From positions 90,001 to 122,000 of the forward strand of contig NZ_CP065936.1 of assembly GCF_003367075.2 (NCBI RefSeq): a stretch of 32,000 nt of DNA, given 5' to 3'. The DNA is from Cylindrospermopsis raciborskii Cr2010. Lineage in GTDB: Bacteria; Cyanobacteriota; Cyanobacteriia; Cyanobacteriales; Nostocaceae. The notes under the pieces were generated by a model, which saw nothing but the letters and a program-made list of their open reading frames with translations, ran no database searches and was not told where the DNA came from. How positions within the stretch are numbered: the stretch's first letter is position 1; the number at the start of each line of letters is the position of its first letter. Shown here one piece after another: positions 25,102-32,000 of the stretch. The position numbers were made by a program, and so were the translations under genes.

Positions 25102-25131
25102 TTTAACCTAATTATAACCTTATCTTAAACC
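25102..25131 (+). promoter_or_regulatory. Pho-box-like element (three tandem 8-bp repeats on an 11-bp register)
   Basis: TTTAACCT-aat-TATAACCT-tat-CTTAAACC compared with the cyanobacterial Pho-box unit PyTTAAPyPy(T/A) gives 0, 1 and 2 mismatches. TAATCT (25144-25149) follows as a possible -10 box. The element lies 134 bp upstream of the exoenzyme ATG. Confidence 0.55.
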
Positions 25132-25264
25132 GACTGTCTATCCTAATCTTGTATATTCTCTAGTTGTTTGTTCTTAAGAAAGTCTTTAACTATCTTGAGC
25201 TATCACCCAGAAATTTATGGATTTTCAGTTGAAATATTGGTATATTTAGAGGAGATGGACGAAT

Positions 25265-28200
25265 ATGGCAATTAGACTAAATAAGGTTGGTGGTGCCACT
25301 AGTACAACCAATTCAGAAATTCCCGCGTTTGACTCTATCAGTAAACGTCTGTATGTTGTTGCTGCTAGTGTTGTAGATATCTATACAGTGACTACAACAG
25401 GGGCATTAACCAGTGTTGGAAAACTGACCCCTGGGTTTACTCCTACTTCTGGAACAGCTGCGCCTAATAGCATTGCGATTAAAAATGGAATAGTGGCAGT
25501 TGCCTACGAAATAAAAGATACGGCCACAGGAACTCATCAGCGCGGTCGGGTTAGCTTTTTTGATGGTGGCAATGGTAACTTCATTAATTCCGTGGAAGTC
25601 GGTTTCTTACCTGATATGCTCACCTTTACCCCTGATGGTAAGAAGGTTTTAGTGGCTAATGAAGGGGAACCGAATGAGAACTATAGTTCTGATCCAGAAG
25701 GTTCTGTTAGCATCATTGACCTAACCAATGGTCCAGCTAATGCTACCGTCCAGGAAGCTAAGTTTAACGCTTTTGATAGTCAATTGGCTACCCTAAGATC
25801 CCAAGGACTGCGGGTTATTGGGAACAATACAACCCTATCGCAAGATGTGGAACCTGAGTATATTGCCGTTTCCCCCGATGGTTTAACCGCTGCAATTACC
25901 CTACAAGAAGCCAATGCGATCGCCTTTCTTGACGTTGCTAGTGCCACAATTACCAGCATCAAACCTCTAGGGCTAAAGAATCATAATCTGGTTGGTAATG
26001 GTATTGACGCTAGTGATAGAGATGTTAATGGCACTTCCAGTGGAGGTGGTAAGGTCAATATTGCTAACTGGCCAGTATTTGGCATGTATCAACCTGATGC
26101 GATCGCCAGTTTCATTAGCAATGGTCAAACCTACTATATTACAGCCAATGAAGGTGATTCCCGGGTACGTCCCACCTCTAATAATTCCTTTGGCAATGAA
26201 GGGACGATTTTCAATGAGGAGTCAAGAGTTGGAGACGCTTCCTACGTACTAGATCCTACAGTTTTCCCCAACGCTAGTGACCTGAAAAAACCTGAGAAAC
26301 TTGGTCGTTTGGTAGTTAGCAACAAATCAGGTGATACGGATGGTGATGGTGACTTTGACCAAATTCAAGCCTTTGGAGCCAGATCCTTCACCATTTGGGA
26401 TAGCAGTGGCAACTTGATCTTTGACAGTGGTGATCAGTTAGAGAAACTCACTGCCCAATTTAATCCCACAGGGTTTAACTCCGATGGTGCACCCAATGCA
26501 GGATTCGATACCCGCAGTGATAACAAAGGTCCCGAACCAGAGGGTGTGACTGTTGGCGTGATTGATGGGCGTACCTATGCCTTTGTTGGTTTAGAGCGCG
26601 TTGGTGATGTAATCGTCTATGATATTACTAATGCCAGTAACCCAACATTTGTGCAGTATGTTAATACTGCTGAAGATCGTAGCGCAGAGGGGTTGATTTT
26701 TGTCCCGTCCGTTGATAGTCCTACTGGCAAACCATTAGTAATTACTGCCAATGAAGTCAGCAACACTGTTAGTGTATTTGAAACTGTAGCAGCTATAACT
26801 AGTACAGGCAACTTCACCCTGCAAGTTCTCCATGGTTCAGACTTTGAGGGTGGCATTCCTGCTGTTACCGATGCAATTGGCTTTTCAGCTGTTGTCAATA
26901 AACTCAAGGATGATCCTAAATACAAAACCAACACGTTGATTCTCTCTTCTGGCGATAACTACATCCCAGGTGCATTTTTCAATGCTTCCAGCGATACCAG
27001 CTTGAATAATGTAGGTGGATTGGGATCTAGCACTACTCCAGTCATTGGACGCGGTGATATTGGTATTCTGAATGGGATTGGCATTCAAGCTTCCGCATTG
27101 GGCAACCATGAGTTTGACCTGGGTGTGAGACAAGTGCGTGATATTCTCAGGACAGGAAGCGGTAACCCAGGGACCAACTTCCCCTATTTGAGTACTAACC
27201 TGGATTTTAGCCCTGAAATTACAGCAGGTAACCTCAGTGCAACTGACCTGGCCGCTAACCAAAATACCGCTGATGCCAGCTCTATTAAGGGTAAAATTGC
27301 TAAAAGTACCATCATCAATGTTGCAGGTATTGATGGTATTACTGGCACTGCTGACGACCAAAGAATTGGCATTGTAGGTGCAACTACACCAACTTTGGCA
27401 AATATTTCTTCAAGTGGTAGCACTATAGTTAAGCCAGCTAACCCCATTGACTATGACGCATTAGCTGCGGAAATTCAGACTTCTGTAGATATACTCAAAG
27501 CACAGGGTATTAACAAGATTATCTTGTTAGCTCACATGCAGCAGTTGACTATTGAGCGGGATGAATTGGCGAAGCGATTGAGAGATGTGGATATCATCAT
27601 CGCGGGGGGGAACCATACTATTCTGTCTGATGCCAATGATGGGCTGAGAACAGGTGACAGCAGCAAGGGCGATTATCCCATTGTCAAGACAGGCGCAGAT
27701 GGTAAGCCTATTTTGGTGGTCAGTACAGATGCTAATTACAAGTACGTCGGGCGTTTAGTGGCTGAATTTGACCAAGATGGGGTGATTCAGGTTAATAAAC
27801 TGGATAGTGCAATTAATGGAGCTTATGCCACAGATGATGCAGGAGTTGATCGCGTCTATGGCAGTGATGTTGATCCTCGTGCTGTAGCTAACCCCAATGT
27901 GGTAGCGATCGCTGATGGGATCAAAAACCTTCTTGCTAGTAAAGACAACTTAATTGTGGGCAAAGCCAGTGTGTTTCTCAACGGTACTCGTGAGGATGTG
28001 CGCACCCAAGAAACCAACTTTGGTAACTTGACCGCTGATGCCAATCTTTGGTATGCCAAGCAGCTAGATCCCAGCGTGGTTATCGCCCTAAAAAATGGCG
28101 GTGGTATCCGGGACAATATCGGTGCCATTGGCACAGGTGCAGGAGCAATCAGCAAAGATGATGTTATTAAGCTGCCAACTCAGCCCAACCCTCTAGCACC

Positions 28201-29521
28201 AAATAAAAAGGAAGGTGATGTGTCTCAGTTAGACATTGAGAACTCCCTGCGTTTTAACAATGACCTATCACTAATTACGGTTACCGCCCAACAACTACAG
28301 CACATAGTTGAGCATGCAGTAGCGGGTACTGCCCCAGGTACAACCCCAGGACAATTTCCCCAGATATCCGGGTTAAACTTTAGCTTTGATCCTAGCAAAA
28401 CATCGATTCAGTTTAATAGTACGACTGGTGAAGTGAGTAGACAAGGTGAGCGGGTTCGCAATTTAGCAGTGGTGAAAGAAGATGGCTCATTGGTAGACAT
28501 CATTGTGAAAGATGGTGTGTTAGTTGGAGATGCCAACCGCAGCTTTAGAATGGTAACACTAAACTTTCTGGCGGGTACTAGTGCTACTGCTGTCCTTGGT
28601 GGTGACAATTATCCTTTTCCCACTTTTGTCAAGCAAAATGCAAGCCTAGCCAACCGAGTAGATTTGCGTGGTGAAACGGCTGATGTCAATGGCAATGGCA
28701 AGGTTGATACTGCTTTAACTTTGGCTCCCGGCAAATTTACCTTTGCCCTTCCTGGTACGGAACAGGATGTTTTAGCTGAGTATCTTGGCGATCGCTTTAG
28801 CACTAAGGCCTATGGAGTTCCTGATGTTAGTCCAGCATTTGATACTCGTATTCAAAACCTCACCTTCCGGGAAGACACGGTTATTCCTGAACCAAGTCTG
28901 ATTACTGGCACTCCTAATGCTGACACCATCCAAGCTGGCATGAACGGTTTTACTGGCTTTAATAGCTTGGTATTTACGGGTGCTGGCAAAGACGAAGTGG
29001 ATATCCCCATAGGCGGAGCCAAGTCCTATGTTGGTTCTAATCGCATTTTCACTGGTAGTGGTGCAGATATAATCTCTGTGGCTAATGGAGACCGGGCCTT
29101 TGGTGGTAGTGGGGATGACGAATTTGATGCCACAGAAGCCACTGGCTACCGGATCTCTGGTGGTGTGGGTAATGATATCTTCTACCTCGGTGTTAATGGT
29201 CGTGCCATCGGTGGTGAAGGTGATGACCGGTTCTTCGTGGGTGAAGGTGGAGGTAATATAATCTCTGGTGGTGCTGGTGCGGATCAGTTTTGGATTCTCA
29301 CTGATGACCCGACCCGTTTACAAACCCCCAATAGGATTGTTGACTACACCGTCGGTACGGATGTAATAGGCATTACTAACCAGTTTGCCAGCTCTGTGGG
29401 CGACCTGACCTTCAGTGGTAGTGATATCAGCCTAAACGGTGTGTTAATTGCTACCCTTAACGGAGTGAATGCTGCAGGTGCAACCTTCGTTTTTGCCAAT
29501 CCTCCAGCTAATTTACCCTAA
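25265..29521 (+). CDS. Large secreted phosphoesterase: an N-terminal beta-propeller-like choice-of-anchor-I-type domain, a UshA-type metallophosphoesterase/5'-nucleotidase, and C-terminal RTX-like Ca-binding repeats (atypical alkaline phosphatase type)
   Basis: 1418 aa. Residues 1-510 include LPDMLTFTPDGKKVLVANEGEP and EPEGVTVG...VGLERVGDVIVYD. Residues ~516-1150 carry metallophosphoesterase motifs SSGDNYIPG, GNHEFDLG, LLAHMQ and IIAGGNH plus a 5'-NT C-terminal domain. Residues ~1211-1418 contain GGxGxD-type repeats (GSGADII, GGSGDDEFD, GGVGNDIFY, GGEGDDRFF, GGAGADQFW). No N-terminal signal peptide is present. Confidence 0.88.
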   Translation: MAIRLNKVGGATSTTNSEIPAFDSISKRLYVVAASVVDIYTVTTTGALTSVGKLTPGFTPTSGTAAPNSIAIKNGIVAVAYEIKDTATGTHQRGRVSFFDGGNGNFINSVEVGFLPDMLTFTPDGKKVLVANEGEPNENYSSDPEGSVSIIDLTNGPANATVQEAKFNAFDSQLATLRSQGLRVIGNNTTLSQDVEPEYIAVSPDGLTAAITLQEANAIAFLDVASATITSIKPLGLKNHNLVGNGIDASDRDVNGTSSGGGKVNIANWPVFGMYQPDAIASFISNGQTYYITANEGDSRVRPTSNNSFGNEGTIFNEESRVGDASYVLDPTVFPNASDLKKPEKLGRLVVSNKSGDTDGDGDFDQIQAFGARSFTIWDSSGNLIFDSGDQLEKLTAQFNPTGFNSDGAPNAGFDTRSDNKGPEPEGVTVGVIDGRTYAFVGLERVGDVIVYDITNASNPTFVQYVNTAEDRSAEGLIFVPSVDSPTGKPLVITANEVSNTVSVFETVAAITSTGNFTLQVLHGSDFEGGIPAVTDAIGFSAVVNKLKDDPKYKTNTLILSSGDNYIPGAFFNASSDTSLNNVGGLGSSTTPVIGRGDIGILNGIGIQASALGNHEFDLGVRQVRDILRTGSGNPGTNFPYLSTNLDFSPEITAGNLSATDLAANQNTADASSIKGKIAKSTIINVAGIDGITGTADDQRIGIVGATTPTLANISSSGSTIVKPANPIDYDALAAEIQTSVDILKAQGINKIILLAHMQQLTIERDELAKRLRDVDIIIAGGNHTILSDANDGLRTGDSSKGDYPIVKTGADGKPILVVSTDANYKYVGRLVAEFDQDGVIQVNKLDSAINGAYATDDAGVDRVYGSDVDPRAVANPNVVAIADGIKNLLASKDNLIVGKASVFLNGTREDVRTQETNFGNLTADANLWYAKQLDPSVVIALKNGGGIRDNIGAIGTGAGAISKDDVIKLPTQPNPLAPNKKEGDVSQLDIENSLRFNNDLSLITVTAQQLQHIVEHAVAGTAPGTTPGQFPQISGLNFSFDPSKTSIQFNSTTGEVSRQGERVRNLAVVKEDGSLVDIIVKDGVLVGDANRSFRMVTLNFLAGTSATAVLGGDNYPFPTFVKQNASLANRVDLRGETADVNGNGKVDTALTLAPGKFTFALPGTEQDVLAEYLGDRFSTKAYGVPDVSPAFDTRIQNLTFREDTVIPEPSLITGTPNADTIQAGMNGFTGFNSLVFTGAGKDEVDIPIGGAKSYVGSNRIFTGSGADIISVANGDRAFGGSGDDEFDATEATGYRISGGVGNDIFYLGVNGRAIGGEGDDRFFVGEGGGNIISGGAGADQFWILTDDPTRLQTPNRIVDYTVGTDVIGITNQFASSVGDLTFSGSDISLNGVLIATLNGVNAAGATFVFANPPANLP

Positions 29522-29540
29522 GCCTCGCTCTGTAATCTTG

Positions 29541-29567
29541 GTGTCTTTGTGGTCACCACAAAGACAC
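29541..29567 (+). other. Perfect 12-bp stem-loop between the two exoprotein genes
   Basis: GTGTCTTTGTGG (29541-29552), loop tca, CCACAAAGACAC (29556-29567). No T-tract follows. It could be a terminator, attenuator or mRNA stabiliser. Confidence 0.4.
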
Positions 29568-29603
29568 AAGGAATCCTCTAGTTCACTTCAGAGACACACC
29601 ACA

Positions 29604-32000
29604 ATGAGTAACACTTATCATAATTTAGCAACGGGTGCTTTTACACAAAACTGGACAGATACCACAGGAATTACAATAAATAATGACTGGAGTAACATTA
29701 CTAGTATTATTGGTTATAGGGGTGATGATTTAACCAGTGCTACTGGAGTTGATCCGCAAACTGTAATTGCCGATGGTACTGGGGTTATTAATGTCATTGC
29801 TAACCAGTCCAACCCTAATACAGTTACTACTGGAGGGGTAGCTGAGTTTGAAATTAGTGATCCTGTGGTTTCCCTGCAGGGTTCCGGTACAGCGGATGCT
29901 CCTTTTTTATTAATTCACCTAAATACTCTGGGTGTTACCAATATCAATATCTCCTATAACCTGCGTGATATTGATGGCTCGACGGACAATGCAGTGCAGG
30001 CGGTGGCTTTGCAATATCGCATTGGAACAACGGGTAATTTCACGAATATTCCTAGCGGTTATGTTGCTGATGCCAGTTCTGGTCCTAGCTTCGCAAATTT
30101 GGTGACACCTGTTAGCGCTATTTTGCCCACAGAAGCAGAAAACCAAGCTCAATTACAGGTAAGGATTATCACCACAAATGCTCTAGGCAACGATGAATGG
30201 ATTGGTATTGATAATATAAATATTGTGGGCACGCCACAAACTGCTTCGGCATCGGGAATAACCCTTACCCAGTCGGGCAACTCTACCGATCTAGCTGAAG
30301 GTGGTGGGACTGATACTTACTCTGTGGTGCTGAATAGTCAACCCACCGCGAATGTGACAATCGCCATTAATGCAGGTCCACAACTCACTACTAATATTAC
30401 CAGTCTCACGTTTACGCCACAAGACTGGAATGTTGCCCAAATTGTCACAGTAGCAGCGATTAATGATGCTACCTTTGAGGGTAATCACACGGGTACATTG
30501 ACCCATGCGGTAACAAGTGCGGATACTAATTACAATAGTTTATCTGTTGCCAATGTTACTGCTAATATTACTGATAATGAGGCAGAAACCGCGCCTACGA
30601 TTCAGATTCGCATTACTGAATATATGTATTCAGGGGCAAATGGTGAATTTGTTGAATTAACCAATATTGGCAATACAACGGTCGACCTTACGGACTGGAG
30701 CTATGACGACAATTCGCGAATTCCCGGTTCCTTCTCATTAAGCGGTTTTGGCACTGTCCAGGCTGGGGAATCGGTAATCTTTACGGAAGCAACTAATACC
30801 AGTGACTTCCGCACGGCTTGGGGATTAGCGCCGTCGGTAAAAGTGATTGCAGGTTCCAATCAAGGGTTGGGGCGTGCTGATGAGATCAATATCTACAATC
30901 AGAATAATCAACGGGTTGATCGCCTGACCTATGACGATGGCACGATCAGTGGTTCTGTCCGCACCCAAAATGTCAGCGCTTGGACAGGTGTAACAAATTT
31001 GGGGCTGAATGATGCGACCAAGTGGCAACTCTCTACTGTCGCTGATGCTCAAGGTTCGGTGACATCCACAGGCGGAGATATTGGTAATCCTGGACGCTAT
31101 GCAATCGGCACTGTGCCAAGCATCGTCTTGACCCAAACCGGTGGCAACACTAGCATTATGGAAGGTGGCGCAACTGATACCTATACTCTCGCCCTAACTA
31201 CCACCCCAACTGCTCCGGTAAATATCAATGTTACCGTCACCGATGGGCAGACTTTGGTTAGTACGGATGGTGTAAATTTTGCAACCACAGCAATTTTTGC
31301 TTTAACGGATAGCATTGCTAAAACAATTACGGTGCGAGCTGTTGATGACAGCATTTTTGAATTCAAGCCCCATACTGGTGCGATCGCCCATACAGTGACT
31401 AGCAATGATTCTACTTATAACAGTCTTACTATTCCTAACCTCAATATCAGCATTGGGGATAACGATACTGCTCCTAATCTACCCGCAATCAGGATTACGG
31501 AATATCAATACGATGGCAATGGCAGTGAATTTTTTGAGTTGACTAATATTGGGAACACGGCCATCGATTTGACAGGATGGAGCTATGACGATGACTCAAG
31601 AATTGCTGGTACTGTTTCACTTAGTGACTTTGGCATCCTGCAGGCGGGGGAATCGGTCATTATTACGGAAGCTGGAGCGGAGATTTTTCGTGCTGATTGG
31701 GGACTTGCACCAACAGTGAAAATCATCGGTGGCTTAACCGTTAACCTCGGGCGCGAAGATGAAATCAATATCTTCAACAATAATGGAATCCTTGTCGATA
31801 GCTTGATCTATGGTGACAGCACCAGATTCCCCGGTACAGGGCGCACCCAAAATGTCAGCGCTTGGACAGCGGCGGCCAATTTGGGCAAGAACGATATTAC
31901 CCAATGGGCTTTGTCAACGGTTGGCGATGGTCTAAATTCTTATAACTCCCTGAGTGGTGGTACGGGTAACCCCAGTAGTTATAGCAGTGCGTCTGTGCCA
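29604..32000 (+). CDS. Large extracellular repeat protein with lamin-tail (LTD) and Calx-beta/Ig-like beta-sandwich modules. It is 5'-complete and runs off the window end. Probably the N-terminal part of an ExeM/NucH-like extracellular nuclease/phosphatase.
   Basis: Not in the track because it is open-ended. I translated it from ATG 29604, spot-checking codons at both ends and mid-gene, and found no stop for 799 codons (MSNTYHNLATGAFTQNWTDTTG...SYSSASVP). There are two LTD copies (IRITEYMYSGANGEFVELTNIGNTTVDLTDWSYDD and IRITEYQYDGNGSEFFELTNIGNTAIDLTGWSYDD). Each is preceded by a beta-sandwich module (GGTDTYSVVLNSQPTANVTIAI... and GATDTYTLALTTTPTAPVNINV...). Confidence 0.8.
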   Translation, partial: MSNTYHNLATGAFTQNWTDTTGITINNDWSNITSIIGYRGDDLTSATGVDPQTVIADGTGVINVIANQSNPNTVTTGGVAEFEISDPVVSLQGSGTADAPFLLIHLNTLGVTNINISYNLRDIDGSTDNAVQAVALQYRIGTTGNFTNIPSGYVADASSGPSFANLVTPVSAILPTEAENQAQLQVRIITTNALGNDEWIGIDNINIVGTPQTASASGITLTQSGNSTDLAEGGGTDTYSVVLNSQPTANVTIAINAGPQLTTNITSLTFTPQDWNVAQIVTVAAINDATFEGNHTGTLTHAVTSADTNYNSLSVANVTANITDNEAETAPTIQIRITEYMYSGANGEFVELTNIGNTTVDLTDWSYDDNSRIPGSFSLSGFGTVQAGESVIFTEATNTSDFRTAWGLAPSVKVIAGSNQGLGRADEINIYNQNNQRVDRLTYDDGTISGSVRTQNVSAWTGVTNLGLNDATKWQLSTVADAQGSVTSTGGDIGNPGRYAIGTVPSIVLTQTGGNTSIMEGGATDTYTLALTTTPTAPVNINVTVTDGQTLVSTDGVNFATTAIFALTDSIAKTITVRAVDDSIFEFKPHTGAIAHTVTSNDSTYNSLTIPNLNISIGDNDTAPNLPAIRITEYQYDGNGSEFFELTNIGNTAIDLTGWSYDDDSRIAGTVSLSDFGILQAGESVIITEAGAEIFRADWGLAPTVKIIGGLTVNLGREDEINIFNNNGILVDSLIYGDSTRFPGTGRTQNVSAWTAAANLGKNDITQWALSTVGDGLNSYNSLSGGTGNPSSYSSASVP

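Noticed and set aside
25217-25249. 10-codon upstream ORF (MDFQLKYWYI) just before the exoenzyme start
   Set aside because: It has no SD and is very short, so it is probably fortuitous in an AT-rich leader.
25780-28803. Eight listed ORFs of 60-158 aa nested in the 1418-aa gene: 25780, 26617, 26885, 27184, 27856, 28408 and 28609 on the minus strand, and 25992 on the plus strand in another frame
   Set aside because: All are fully nested in a CDS with strong domain evidence. They have odd, Ser/Thr/Val/Ala-rich compositions typical of antisense or off-frame readings.
29919-31780. Minus-strand ORFs 29919, 30291, 30825, 31181 and 31583
   Set aside because: They are nested antisense to the open plus-strand frame from 29604, which has clear LTD and beta-sandwich repeats.

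Overview
The window looks like a chromosomal segment of a filamentous, probably Nostocales-type, cyanobacterium. I found at least 13 exact copies of the HIP1 octamer GCGATCGC (for example at 2139, 3699, 4747, 11776, 12532, 18058, 22985, 25916, 26099, 27905, 28788 and 31380). There are also GUN4-domain and cyanobacterial-type S1 genes and short GTTGGGTT/AACCCAAC hairpin repeats. About 26 protein-coding genes are supported, and most are housekeeping: cytochrome P450, RNase III, a Usp-like protein plus an ArsB/NhaD-type permease, an HtrA protease, peptide deformylase, RsmB, two TerB-family proteins, a class A PBP, HPPK, a NUDIX hydrolase, a PstB-like ATPase, a TPR protein, a HAD hydrolase, ribosomal protein S1, DnaX and a GUN4-domain protein. 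I did not recognise any rRNA, tRNA, CRISPR array, transposase or integrase. Five regions stand out. (1) The right end (25.1-32 kb) has a three-repeat Pho-box-like element upstream of a 1418-aa signal-peptide-less exoenzyme, followed by a second large LTD/beta-sandwich repeat exoprotein that runs off the window. Together they look like an extracellular organophosphate/eDNA scavenging module. (2) The C-terminal tail of the class A PBP contains a near-perfect 72-bp in-frame tandem repeat encoding R7 poly-arginine blocks. (3) An orphan PstB paralog has degenerate Q-loop and signature motifs. (4) A TerB / unknown protein / P-loop NTPase cassette is truncated by the left edge. (5) An unexplained ~370-nt promoter-proximal leader with a 30-codon small ORF lies upstream of the usp-permease pair. 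All functional calls come from motif recognition by eye; no database search was possible.
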